Origin: Candidatus Latescibacterota bacterium
GTDB taxonomy: Bacteria; Latescibacterota; UBA2968; UBA8231
Assembly: GCA_963422735.1 (NCBI GenBank)
Contig: OY730476.1
Location: 640,001 to 704,000, forward strand
Direction: 5' to 3'
DNA: 64,000 nucleotides
The notes beneath the pieces are model-generated. The model worked only from the letters and a program-made list of their open reading frames with translations. It searched no databases and was not told the DNA's origin. The stretch's first letter is position 1. Each line of letters starts with the position of its first letter. Positions 27,881 to 37,422 of the stretch are shown in pieces. The translations under genes and the position numbers were made by a program.

Positions 27881-27891
27881 GAGAAGAGCCA

Positions 27892-28410
27892 TTGATTTGC
27901 CCTTCGTGTTCCCACGACAATATCCTTGGGGTTGACCTCTGCGAGGAGTGTGGCCAGAGCCTGAGCGAAGCGTACCAAGATTGGGGAAGTGGGGAGTTCA
28001 AGGAAATTTTCACCGAGCCGCTTTCCGCGCTCAATCCGCAGGAGATGGTCTGCGTGTCGCCGACGACTTCGTTGGCCGAGGTCATCTTGCTGCTCAAGGA
28101 GCTGCACGTCGGTTGCGTGTTGGTAACCGGCGAGGGCGGGCAGCTAATCGGCATATTCACCGAGCGCGACCTCCTCTACCGGGTGGCGGGCTTAATCAGC
28201 AATCTGGAACAGATCGCGGTCGAGAGCCTGATGACGCCGCAGCCCACCGCGCTCAAAGCCGATGCGGCCGTGCAGCACGCCCTGCATTTGATGAGCATCC
28301 ATGGCTTTCGCCACGTGCCGCTGTTGGGCGATGACGACCGCCCGGTTGGCTTGGTCTCGTTTAGGTACATCGTCCGTTTTATCGAAGAGAACTTTTCCTC
28401 CGTAGCCTGA
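27892..28410 (+). CDS. zinc-ribbon plus CBS-pair protein
   Basis: CPSC...CEECG at the N-terminus; IGIFTERD, MTPQP, FRHVPL; TTG start after AGGAG. Confidence 0.88.
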   Translation: MICPSCSHDNILGVDLCEECGQSLSEAYQDWGSGEFKEIFTEPLSALNPQEMVCVSPTTSLAEVILLLKELHVGCVLVTGEGGQLIGIFTERDLLYRVAGLISNLEQIAVESLMTPQPTALKADAAVQHALHLMSIHGFRHVPLLGDDDRPVGLVSFRYIVRFIEENFSSVA

Positions 28411-28459
28411 AAGAGTTGACCGCCGGGTTAGCTCCAGTTTTTTGAAAGGCGGTTGTGCT

Positions 28460-28942
28460 ATGCCATTAAGCCGCACAGCGATATGTTCGCTCCTCGCATT
28501 GGTCCTGCTAAGTCCCCTAGGGGTTAGGGCTGAATTGGACTGGGCTGCCCTGAATAGAACGCGAGAGGTCACCGAAGCCGAGTGGTTGCAGTTGCAGCTG
28601 TCCGTATTAGGGTTAAGACTGAGCTATCCGGCCTACCGCGTCGCTCTAGATCTGACCGAAGACTCGGCGATTGAATTTACCTTCATCGCCAGCAGCGGGA
28701 TGGCCAAGCATCTGACGGAAGAGTTGGGCAAGACCGAAGCCGACGATGTTATTTCCTACCACGCGCAGGGCATAAGCGACCAAGTAGAGGCATTGATCCG
28801 CGACGAGTTCCCAGACTTGTGGTCGGGCTTTGACGCCAGCGAGGATGTCCGCGGGCAATTTCTCGGCCCAGGCGAGAAGTGGAATGACCCGCCGCGGGAA
28901 ATCGGCACTTGGTTGGAAAACAATTTCTCTTGGGGGCGCTGA
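28460..28942 (+). CDS. hypothetical exported protein
   Basis: Signal peptide ending VRA; host-like codon usage. Confidence 0.65.
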   Translation: MPLSRTAICSLLALVLLSPLGVRAELDWAALNRTREVTEAEWLQLQLSVLGLRLSYPAYRVALDLTEDSAIEFTFIASSGMAKHLTEELGKTEADDVISYHAQGISDQVEALIRDEFPDLWSGFDASEDVRGQFLGPGEKWNDPPREIGTWLENNFSWGR

Positions 28943-28953
28943 GGTTCGTGTCC

Positions 28954-29160
28954 TCATTCCGGGTCGCGATGGGGCATTGCGCCTTGCGTTGATTCGTCGA
29001 GGGAGATGTCCTTGTCGATGACCGGCTCTTCGGTGGTCACGATCCAGCCGCGCACCCGCTGACCGAAGACGCTAATCTCCTTGCGTTGGGCGTCGATGAC
29101 CTTGGACGAAGCCGTATGCCGCTCTTTGTTAATACAGAAAAAGGTGTGCTGCCGAGTCAT
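28954..29160 (-). CDS. small hypothetical protein
   Basis: Follows hemE on the same strand with a purine-rich RBS; start could be 29190, 29181 or 29160. Confidence 0.45.
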   Translation of the reverse strand: MTRQHTFFCINKERHTASSKVIDAQRKEISVFGQRVRGWIVTTEEPVIDKDISLDESTQGAMPHRDPE

Positions 29161-29193
29161 ACCTTTTCCTTTGTCTTCCATGCTTTCCATCCG

Positions 29194-30234
29194 CTATACC
29201 TCTCGAGTTTGCTCAAACTGGTGGACCGCATCCACTAACAATTTGACCTTTTCATAGGGCGTATCTGGATAGACGCCGTGCCCCAAGTTGAAGATATGGG
29301 GGCGGCCCCGGCCCTGCTCAAGAATGCGCTGGGCGGCAGCGGCAATGCTCGCCTCCGAGCCGTAGAGGGCGCAGGGATCTAGATTGCCCTGTAAAGGCAT
29401 GGTATTCCCGAACAATCCATAAGCCGCATCTAAGTCGATCCGCCAATCGAGACTTAGGATGTGCGCTCCGACGCGGCCAAAGCAGGGCAGGTTTTGCGCC
29501 CCGGCAAGCGGGAAGTAAATGATCGGAGCATTCAGCGATGCGAGGCTGCGGCAAACCCGCTGTACATAGGGTAGGGCGAATTCGTTGAATTGCGCCGGAG
29601 ACAACAAACCGATGGAAGTGTCGAAAATCTGGACGGCTTGGGCACCGGCCTCGATCTGGGCGCGCAAGAAGCGGCCGACGAGATCGCTGAGCAGGTTGAG
29701 CAGCCGACGGGCGAGGTCGGGGTTGCTGTGGATCATGCGGCGAAAAGCGGGGAAGTCCTTGGCATGGCCCCCTTCCACTAACCAAGTGGCCAAAGTAAAA
29801 GGCCCGCCGGCGTACCCGATGAGCGGGACGGCTGGCGGCAGGGCGTTGTGCGCTAGCCGTGCGGCTTCTAAGACGTAGGCGAGGTCGTCCTCAGGGACGG
29901 GGTTGCGGAGGCCGTCAATGTCGGCAGCCGAGCGGATCGGGCGGGCAAAAACCGGACCGGGTGCGTAGGTCAGTTCGCAGCCAAGTGCCTCTAAAGGCGT
30001 CACTAGGTCGGTAAAGAGAATGGCCGCATCGACCCCGAGCAGATCGACCGGCATGAGGGTAATTTCAGCGGCGAGTTCGGGGGTTTTGAAAAGTTTGAGT
30101 AGCGAGCCGTGCCGCTGGCGCAGCGCTCTGTACGGCTTGAGGATGCGGCCAGCTTGGCGCATGATCCAGATGGGAGGAGTCGCCGGCACTTGGCCCCGAC
30201 AGGCTTGGAGAAAAGGGGCGGAAGGATCGGACAA
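29194..30234 (-). CDS. hemE: uroporphyrinogen decarboxylase
   Basis: PIWIMRQAGR, DAAILFTD, GGPFTLA, LQGNLDP, HIFNLGHG. Confidence 0.95.
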   Translation of the reverse strand: MSDPSAPFLQACRGQVPATPPIWIMRQAGRILKPYRALRQRHGSLLKLFKTPELAAEITLMPVDLLGVDAAILFTDLVTPLEALGCELTYAPGPVFARPIRSAADIDGLRNPVPEDDLAYVLEAARLAHNALPPAVPLIGYAGGPFTLATWLVEGGHAKDFPAFRRMIHSNPDLARRLLNLLSDLVGRFLRAQIEAGAQAVQIFDTSIGLLSPAQFNEFALPYVQRVCRSLASLNAPIIYFPLAGAQNLPCFGRVGAHILSLDWRIDLDAAYGLFGNTMPLQGNLDPCALYGSEASIAAAAQRILEQGRGRPHIFNLGHGVYPDTPYEKVKLLVDAVHQFEQTREV

Positions 30235-30238
30235 AGCG

Positions 30239-32569
30239 CTAGCGACCGGGCTCGACCATCCACTCGGGCAGGGCGATGCGATAGGTGACCACGTCCTCCA
30301 AAGGTTTGAAGCGAACGCGGTCCTTTTCCATGTCGGCCCGGTAGATGTCGGGCTCCTCGTCCTCGGACTTGAAGGCCAAAAGGCGCAGCGGGGGCAGTTT
30401 GCGGTCTGACCAGTACTGGCCTACGTCGATTACTATATCGGCTTGGCACGCAAGGGGCACTACGTCAATTTCCCATTTGCGCTCTTTAATGGCGACGGCC
30501 CCGTCAAGCTCCACTGGGCCAAACTGCCTCCGTTGTCCTCGGGTATCGACGAACAAGTAGTCCTCGCAAGAGGCGTAGTCTATGTGTCCCGCGCCGGCGT
30601 CGGCCGAATAGACTAGCAGCGATGAGTCCCTCCAGGCGCAAAACGAGCCTGGGGGAAGGTGGTAGGCCACATCGCCCCTGTGGACGGTCCAGGGTTGCTC
30701 CCAACCGAGATTGGCATAGACTTCGAGGCCATTGCCGTACGTCACCCGCACCTGTCCTTGAGAAAACGCGCCGGAAAGCAGCGCGTCGTTGGTCTCCAAG
30801 AACTGGTCGTTGTGGTAGTAGGCTATGGAGCGGACGGGGACGCGGAGATAGTGCTTTTGCAGTTCGCGCAGCATGTAATAGGACTTGACCGCAGACGCGA
30901 TGCCCCATTCTAGCTGGTCGGGGAGTAGACAGGCGTGGCCAAAGGCCGCAGTAGCGGCGAGATAGCGGTCGAGATAGGCACTGTGGCTGTGTTTCTCGCC
31001 TTGGGGGATGCGCCCGGCAAAGTACTGGTCAATGGTACCCAGACCCGCATCGGTCTCAATGGTATGGAGATTTTGTAGGTCGAAGTCCACTAGCGGCGGG
31101 ATGCGGCTGGGGTCGGTCCCGACCATGCGGGCGAGGTGGCCAGTTAGGACGCCGGCATAAAACCAGTGGTTGCCGCCGCTCCCGATGGCCAAACCGGCTT
31201 GGGCTTGGGAGCGGAGGACGCTCTCTTGCAGGGAATAGCTGCTCGCCAAGTGGCTGGTTGCTGACGCGTCGTTGCTGAAGTCGTTGAATTCCCAAGGCGG
31301 GATATCGGCGTGTTCGCTGACGTACAGCGCGTCGCAGGGGTATTTGTCGATGATGGTGCGCGCATGTTCGGGTGCGCGCACCAGTGCTTCGGACGGCTTG
31401 AGCAAATAGAGTCCAGGTCCGGTCGGGGTCGGGGTGCCATCGGCGAGTTGAGCTGCCAATTCGGGCCGCCAGCAGGGATTGGTAGGAGCGATGTGGCGAT
31501 AGTTGACTGGGAGGCTGGTTTTGTAGCCCAGATCGGACAGGGCCTCTAGATACTCGCCAAGGGCGTCTTCGCCGCCTTTAGCTTCGGCTCCTTCCACTAC
31601 GAGCGTGGCATCGCCGTCGCCATCGTGCCAAGTCTCGCTGGGGTGGTTGATCAGCAGGTGATCGACGCCCATCAGCTTGAGCAGGCGCATGTTCTCGTAT
31701 AGCTCGACGTAGCTCTCTTGGGATGCATCGATATAGGGGATGTTGTACCAGACCCAATCGGCTAGTGTCTCGCTTTGCCCAGCCTCGGACGCGGAAAAGG
31801 CCGGGAGGACTTCCTCGTATTGAGTGGAGACCGTTATGATCCAGTGCTCCTGAAGATCGCTGCGCTTGCCGTCGCCTTGGTTGGCGTAGCTACAGCCGCC
31901 GTTGAGCTGGACGAGGCGCTGAGACTCTGCTTCGGACGGGGCGTACAGGGTGGAAGCACGCGAATAGTGCCAATCCACGAAACTAGACACGAAGCAGCCC
32001 GAGGTGCAGAGGATGCGCGGGTAGTTGTCGCCGAAGTTGAAATAGGGGATGGTGATCAGGCGCGGGTGCAAGGCCCCGGTGACCCGGCCGAGCGAGAGGC
32101 CAGTGCCCTTGCCGTGCCCGCCCTCGATTTCCACGACGAGGGACTTACCGCTAATGCGGAACCGGTAGAGGAAGTTGGCTTGTTCCTCCCCTAGCTTCCA
32201 CTGCCAGCGGGCCTCGACGCAATCGCCCACTTGCTCATAGGAGATGAAGTGCCGCTCTACTTCTTCGCTGCTAGCCGGCCAAACCGAGCCGCCCATTTCC
32301 ACGGCAATCCCGCCGTCTTCGGCCGGTTTGATCGGGTCGCTGTTGTTGACTTCTAGCTCGATATCGGCGAAGGTTCCATCAATTGGCGTGTAGATAAATT
32401 GGACGACGGCAGAGACAGAGCGGCTTTCAAAGACAAAGGAAATGCCCTCTTTGCGAATCGATGTTTCGACTTCTTCTTGGAGCGGGGGAAAAATCGAGGG
32501 TTGGCTTTGGCTAGCGGATGCGGGCTGTTGCTCGCCCAAAGCTATCGCCGCCCCTGTGAGGTCTGCCAT
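30239..32569 (-). CDS. large hypothetical protein, possibly a GH101/GH129-like TIM-barrel glycoside hydrolase derivative
   Basis: 776-aa ORF with a beta-sandwich-like N-terminus, a barrel-like core (WHDGD, NYRHIAP, GGNHWFY) and YLAATAAFGH...SYYML; the fold call is from memory. Confidence 0.55.
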   Translation of the reverse strand: MADLTGAAIALGEQQPASASQSQPSIFPPLQEEVETSIRKEGISFVFESRSVSAVVQFIYTPIDGTFADIELEVNNSDPIKPAEDGGIAVEMGGSVWPASSEEVERHFISYEQVGDCVEARWQWKLGEEQANFLYRFRISGKSLVVEIEGGHGKGTGLSLGRVTGALHPRLITIPYFNFGDNYPRILCTSGCFVSSFVDWHYSRASTLYAPSEAESQRLVQLNGGCSYANQGDGKRSDLQEHWIITVSTQYEEVLPAFSASEAGQSETLADWVWYNIPYIDASQESYVELYENMRLLKLMGVDHLLINHPSETWHDGDGDATLVVEGAEAKGGEDALGEYLEALSDLGYKTSLPVNYRHIAPTNPCWRPELAAQLADGTPTPTGPGLYLLKPSEALVRAPEHARTIIDKYPCDALYVSEHADIPPWEFNDFSNDASATSHLASSYSLQESVLRSQAQAGLAIGSGGNHWFYAGVLTGHLARMVGTDPSRIPPLVDFDLQNLHTIETDAGLGTIDQYFAGRIPQGEKHSHSAYLDRYLAATAAFGHACLLPDQLEWGIASAVKSYYMLRELQKHYLRVPVRSIAYYHNDQFLETNDALLSGAFSQGQVRVTYGNGLEVYANLGWEQPWTVHRGDVAYHLPPGSFCAWRDSSLLVYSADAGAGHIDYASCEDYLFVDTRGQRRQFGPVELDGAVAIKERKWEIDVVPLACQADIVIDVGQYWSDRKLPPLRLLAFKSEDEEPDIYRADMEKDRVRFKPLEDVVTYRIALPEWMVEPGR

Positions 32570-32614
32570 AAAATATCCTGACTCAGCGCATTTTTAATAT
32601 TTTCAAAGTTAAAC

Positions 32615-32643
32615 AACATAGAGAATAAACGAGGGTGTGTCAA
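32615..32643 (-). promoter_or_regulatory. sigma70-type promoter for the 32569-hemE unit
   Basis: Minus strand TTGACA-N17-TATGTT. Confidence 0.7.
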
Positions 32644-32659
32644 GCTGAAGGCACTTGGT

Positions 32660-32688
32660 TTGACCGGGGGACAAAGCCTTTCTATCTT
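32660..32688 (+). promoter_or_regulatory. sigma70-type promoter, back-to-back with the previous one
   Basis: TTGACC-N17-TATCTT. Confidence 0.65.
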
Positions 32689-32713
32689 ATTGTTTTATAG
32701 TATCTTTAGTGAT

Positions 32714-33958
32714 ATGGGAACCAGCTTGAAATCAAGGGATAGCATAGTAGTTGGCGGCGGGGCCGCCGGGATGTTAGCGGCCATTGTCGCCGCCGAGGCG
32801 GGCGAGCGGGTCACCTTGCTCGAAGGCAGCGGAAAATTGGGGCGGAAGATCTTGATTTCGGGCAATGGGCGCTGCAATCTGACGAATAGGGCGGCGGACG
32901 ACCTCAGGCACTATCACGGCACGTATCCGCGCTTTGTCCGCAGCGCGCTAGACCAATTCTGCTTAGAGGAAACCTTGGCATTTTTTGCCGATCTAGGGAT
33001 CGAGTTCCGCGAAGAAAAACGGCAGCGCCTCTTTCCGGTGTCGGATCAAGCGCAGTCGGTCGTTGATTTGCTCGCGGACCGCATGCGCTGCCTAGGCGTT
33101 CGCGTCGAAACCAATGCCAAGGTGGTGGGCATGGACCGCGCCTTTGGCTCGTCTCGCTTTGAACTGCGTACAGCCGAGGGGCAGTGCTATACCGCAGCGC
33201 GCGTGATATTGGCCAGCGGCGGCGTCAGCCTCGCCCGCTTGGGGGCCGATCGCTCGGGCATGGACTTGGCCGTGGCCATGGGGCACCGGCTCACCGACCT
33301 CAAGCCCGGGTTGGTGCCGCTAATCAGCCCGGAAAAATACGTCACCCGCATGCAGGGGCTTAAGGTCCAGGCCGAAGTGCGCGCCACGATCGAAGGAGGG
33401 CGCGAAGCCGTTGATACAGACGACTTGCTCTTTACAAAATACGGAGTCTCCGGGTTTGCCATATTAAACCTCAGTGCCCGCTTGGTGCCCGAGTTGGGGA
33501 CGAAGCGCTCCGTGCTCCGGGTCAATTTCTTCCCCGGCCGCAGCCCGGAAGCAATCAGCCAATTGCTCAAAGAGCGCTGGCAGCGCCATCCCCATCGCTC
33601 GCTCGAGCTGAGTTTCGCCGGCTTGCTTTCCAGCAAATTGGTGCGGCCCCTCTTGGACCATTTGGGGTTTGACGCGGCGCAGCGGGTTGATCGGCTCGGC
33701 AAGGGTGCGCGCTGGCAGCTTGCCCAGAGCCTGACGAATTGGCCGATCGCGGTTAGCAGCCCGCGGCCCTTTGACTACGCCGAAGTGACGGTCGGGGGCG
33801 TGAGCACCGAGGACATTAATCCCGATACGCTCGAATCTTTTTTGGTGCCCGGCCTGTACTTTGCCGGCGAGATGGTTGACATTCACGCCGATTTGGGAGG
33901 ATTTAACTTCCAATGGGCGTGGGCCAGCGGCGTCCTCGCCGGTCGTCGGTTGGGGTAG
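32714..33958 (+). CDS. HI0933/BaiN-family FAD-dependent oxidoreductase
   Basis: VGGGAAG, GRKILISGNGRCNLTN, LLFTKYGVSG, VTVGGV, GGFNFQWAWASG. Confidence 0.93.
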   Translation: MGTSLKSRDSIVVGGGAAGMLAAIVAAEAGERVTLLEGSGKLGRKILISGNGRCNLTNRAADDLRHYHGTYPRFVRSALDQFCLEETLAFFADLGIEFREEKRQRLFPVSDQAQSVVDLLADRMRCLGVRVETNAKVVGMDRAFGSSRFELRTAEGQCYTAARVILASGGVSLARLGADRSGMDLAVAMGHRLTDLKPGLVPLISPEKYVTRMQGLKVQAEVRATIEGGREAVDTDDLLFTKYGVSGFAILNLSARLVPELGTKRSVLRVNFFPGRSPEAISQLLKERWQRHPHRSLELSFAGLLSSKLVRPLLDHLGFDAAQRVDRLGKGARWQLAQSLTNWPIAVSSPRPFDYAEVTVGGVSTEDINPDTLESFLVPGLYFAGEMVDIHADLGGFNFQWAWASGVLAGRRLG

Positions 33959-33999
33959 TGAGACTGGCGCGATTCGCCTGTGGACATAGATTGAAGTAG

Positions 34000-34605
34000 A
34001 TGCGAGCAGATGGAACAGGCCGGGTGGCCGGCATCATTTTGGCGGCGGGCATGTCCACCCGCATGGGGCAGCTCAAGCAGCTATTGCCCTTGGGAGGACG
34101 GGCGGCCATTGAACGGATCGCCGAGGTTGTGGGGCGGCAGTTGGATGAGGTGGTGGTCGTACTCGGCCACCGCGCTGCGGAGATTGCCCCGGTATTGGCC
34201 GCTTATCCGGTCCGTTGGGTCGTCAATGCCGACTATCAAACGGGTATGCTTTCCTCCGTACAATGCGGACTAAGGGCGGTGGGTAGAGCAGCCGATTACT
34301 TGATTTTCCTAGGCGACCAACCCCGGTTGAGCAGAGCCTTAATAGAGCAGGTTTTGCAGGCAAGAAAACAGGTCCGCGAGGGTATCATCATACCCACCGC
34401 CAACGGGAAAAGGGGCCATCCCGTATTGATCTGCAACGCCTACCGGACGGAAATTTTGGGATTGCCGCCGGATGTGGGATTAAACTTAGTGACCCGGGGC
34501 CATCCCGAGGATACGTGCGAACTGCCTGTGGCAGAGAAGGCCATCCTGACCGACATGGACACTCCAGCCGACTACCAGCGCGAGCTGGCCTACTGGCCAG
34601 AATAA
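34000..34605 (+). CDS. MocA-like molybdenum cofactor nucleotidyltransferase
   Basis: ILAAGMSTRMGQLKQLL, GMLSS, LGDQP, RGHPV, DMDTPADY. Confidence 0.87.
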   Translation: MRADGTGRVAGIILAAGMSTRMGQLKQLLPLGGRAAIERIAEVVGRQLDEVVVVLGHRAAEIAPVLAAYPVRWVVNADYQTGMLSSVQCGLRAVGRAADYLIFLGDQPRLSRALIEQVLQARKQVREGIIIPTANGKRGHPVLICNAYRTEILGLPPDVGLNLVTRGHPEDTCELPVAEKAILTDMDTPADYQRELAYWPE

Positions 34606-34608
34606 ATT

Positions 34609-35709
34609 ATGGACGACATCCTCAGCGAAATTGTCCGGCGCAAGAGTTGGGGTGAGCGAATGGCTTTAGCCTCGCTCGTGTGGAGCACCGGCTCGATTCC
34701 CATGAGTGAGCGGGCCAAAATGATCGTCGCCGAGGAAGGGGAAGTGGTCGGCACCATAGGCGGCGGATGCCTCGAAGCCGAGGTCTTGAGTGCCGGCCGT
34801 ACCGCGCTAGAGACCGGAGAAAATCAGCTCCTGCGCTACACCATGACGGAAAAACAAGCCGGGGAAAGTGGCTTAAATTGCGGCGGCAGCGTGCGGATTT
34901 ACACCGAAGTCATCGAGTCGGACGAGGCTGCCGACTTCTATGGCCGAGTGCTAGCGGCGCGTCGGGCGCGCAGCGGTTGTGCGCTAGCGACTCTGCTCAA
35001 GCGTCGTTTTGATGGCACCGGGGAGGGGCGGTTGTGGCTAGGGGCCGACGGCAGCGTCTGCGGCTCGCTGGGTACGCCCGCAGCTGATCGCCAAGTGGAG
35101 GAGTGCTTGCCCGAAGTGCTCGTGCGCGAACGCGGCCTAGTCTGCGCGCTGGACCCGAGCGCCGAACTGGGAGAGGCCGCGGAAGTATTTATCGAGCCGT
35201 TCTTGCCCGAACCTGTGCTCTACGTCTTCGGCGGGGGCCACGTAGGCGGGCAGATTTGCGCGCTGGCCAAAAACGTAGGCTTCCGCGTCGTCCTCATTGA
35301 CGATCGCCCGGCGTTTGCCAATCCCGAACGACATCCGCAGGCCGACGAGTGCTTAGTCGCCGGCATGGAGGAGGTGTTTGCCCACTTGCCTATTGACGAC
35401 CAGTCCTACATCATTGCGGCCACTCGCGGCCACCAGCACGACGAAATCGTCGTCGAAGCGGCGATCAAGACGCCGGCGCGCTACATCGGAATGCTGGGCA
35501 GCGAGCGCAAAAAGCTCATCTTGTGGCGGCGGATCGCCGAGCGTGGCGGGGACCCGCAGCGCTTGGACGCCGTTTTTGCGCCGATTGGGGTCAACATCGG
35601 GGCGGATACCCCGACCGAGATCGCGGTCAGCGTCGTCGCCGAGTTGATCGAGCACCGGCGCGGAACGCCCAAAGTGTGGAAGACGAAGAGAAAAACCCAT
35701 GGGGGATGA
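34609..35709 (+). CDS. XdhC/CoxI-family molybdoenzyme maturation factor
   Basis: GTIGGGCLE, CGG, FGGGHVG, YIGMLGS, APIGVNIGADTPTEIAVS. Confidence 0.92.
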   Translation: MDDILSEIVRRKSWGERMALASLVWSTGSIPMSERAKMIVAEEGEVVGTIGGGCLEAEVLSAGRTALETGENQLLRYTMTEKQAGESGLNCGGSVRIYTEVIESDEAADFYGRVLAARRARSGCALATLLKRRFDGTGEGRLWLGADGSVCGSLGTPAADRQVEECLPEVLVRERGLVCALDPSAELGEAAEVFIEPFLPEPVLYVFGGGHVGGQICALAKNVGFRVVLIDDRPAFANPERHPQADECLVAGMEEVFAHLPIDDQSYIIAATRGHQHDEIVVEAAIKTPARYIGMLGSERKKLILWRRIAERGGDPQRLDAVFAPIGVNIGADTPTEIAVSVVAELIEHRRGTPKVWKTKRKTHGG

Positions 35710-36709
35710 ATTGCGCTACGGGGTGGCCGCCTGTCAGGTCGCCCAACCCAATCCCACCGACCGCTCTGAAATAGCCCCCAACACCGCTCGCATGGTCGAA
35801 ATGGTCGATATGGCCGTTGAAGGCTACGGGCCGTTTATGGACATCAAGCTGCTGGCCTTTCCCGAATTTGGCCACGCCGCTCCCATCTATCCCACCGCCA
35901 AGAGCTTGCTGGCCAAATTGACCGTTCCCGTTCCCAACGAGCACACGGCCCGCTTGGAGGACAAAGCCCGCGAATTGGGCGTGTACATCCAAACGGCCAC
36001 CTTCCTCGAAGAGGATCCCCAATGGCCGGGCAAGGTTTTCAACACGACCTGCCTGCTCGGGCCGGAAGGACTGTGGTACAAGTACCGCAAGGTCAACCCG
36101 TGGATCCCTTGGGAAGTCCACACCAGCCCCCACGACTTGGCCGACTACGAGGACGAACTGTTCCCGGTGGCCCAGACGCCCATCGGCTGCATTGGCGCGG
36201 CGATCTGCTACGACTGGCTCTTTCCCGAGCCGCTGCGCCAGCTCACAGCCCACGGTGCCGAAATCCTCGTCCGCGTCTCGGCCTATATGGATCCTTGGGG
36301 TGCGACGCCGCCGATGGATTGGTGGACGACGGTCAACCGCTGTCGGGCCTTGGAAAATGCGGCGTATGTGCTCGCCGCCAACCAAGGGGCCGAGCTGAGT
36401 CACTATCCTCCCTTTTCTTGGCCGGGCGGCTCGATGGTCGTCGATTTCGACGGCCGCATCCTCGCCCAAGCCGACCCGGGACTAGGAGAAAAAATCGTCG
36501 TCTCCGAGGTCGATATCAGTGCCTTGCGGCACGTCCGCAAGCGGCGCACCGGCCACCACACCTTGGCCCACCTGCGCAGCGAGGCGTACCCCCTGTACGG
36601 ACAGCCTTACTATCCGCAGGGCAGTTTCTCCGCAGAGGGCAATCACACCGTCGTCATGAACGAAGAGCGCATCGCCGAGGTTAAGCAGAGGATAAACCGG
36701 CAGCCGTGA
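35699..36709 (+). CDS. nitrilase-superfamily carbon-nitrogen hydrolase
   Basis: Glu-Lys-Cys triad in FPEF, YRK and ICYD; RALEN. Confidence 0.9.
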   Translation: MGDELRYGVAACQVAQPNPTDRSEIAPNTARMVEMVDMAVEGYGPFMDIKLLAFPEFGHAAPIYPTAKSLLAKLTVPVPNEHTARLEDKARELGVYIQTATFLEEDPQWPGKVFNTTCLLGPEGLWYKYRKVNPWIPWEVHTSPHDLADYEDELFPVAQTPIGCIGAAICYDWLFPEPLRQLTAHGAEILVRVSAYMDPWGATPPMDWWTTVNRCRALENAAYVLAANQGAELSHYPPFSWPGGSMVVDFDGRILAQADPGLGEKIVVSEVDISALRHVRKRRTGHHTLAHLRSEAYPLYGQPYYPQGSFSAEGNHTVVMNEERIAEVKQRINRQP

Positions 36710-37422
36710 AGCGCTATGGCGACCGTCAGATTCGCCGCACCCTGGGCAGGTACAACACTCGGCAGGTGCGTCGCACTTTAGCAACCGGCTGCGATCTGCA
36801 TATGGCGGAAGTCGGCGATGTAGATGCCCTGTTTGACCGCATGATCGAGCGCGAAGGGCGGCTGCAGGGGGTAGAGCGCTTTCCCTATTGGGCCGAGCTG
36901 TGGCCGACGGCATTGGCCATGGCCCAGTGGTTTTGCCGCACTGAGGAGCCGACCCCCGCAGGTTGGACCTGCGAACTCGGCTGTGGCTTGGGGCTGGTAG
37001 GCATTGCCTTAGCCAAGTTAGGTTGGCGCGTCGAAGCGACCGATTTTGTCGAGGACGCGCTGATTTTCGCCACCCACAATGCCCGGCGCAATGGGGTCCA
37101 GCACAACCACCGAGTGGCCTATTTGGACTGGCGAAATCCCGTGGGGGAGCCGCACGAGTGCTTGGTAGGGTCGGATATCATCTACGAAAAGAAAAATCAC
37201 CGCTATCTCGAGCGCATCCTACACAAACTGCTGCTGCCCGGCGGTCGATTTTACCTCGGGGATCCGCAGCGCAAGGACGCCGCCGACTTCGTCTGGCGGC
37301 TCGTTTCCCAAGGCTATAGTCAACGGCGGGAAACGCGAGTCGAGACGTGGGATTCAGTCGAGTACCAAGTCGACATCTACGTATTTACCAAGCCTCAAGC
37401 CGATAGCAGGGCACTTAGGTGA
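36706..37422 (+). CDS. class I SAM methyltransferase, METTL21/Methyltransf_16-like
   Basis: PYWAELWP, ELGCGLGL, ATD, LDW, GSDIIYE; GTGA overlap with the upstream gene. Confidence 0.85.
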   Translation: MKRYGDRQIRRTLGRYNTRQVRRTLATGCDLHMAEVGDVDALFDRMIEREGRLQGVERFPYWAELWPTALAMAQWFCRTEEPTPAGWTCELGCGLGLVGIALAKLGWRVEATDFVEDALIFATHNARRNGVQHNHRVAYLDWRNPVGEPHECLVGSDIIYEKKNHRYLERILHKLLLPGGRFYLGDPQRKDAADFVWRLVSQGYSQRRETRVETWDSVEYQVDIYVFTKPQADSRALR

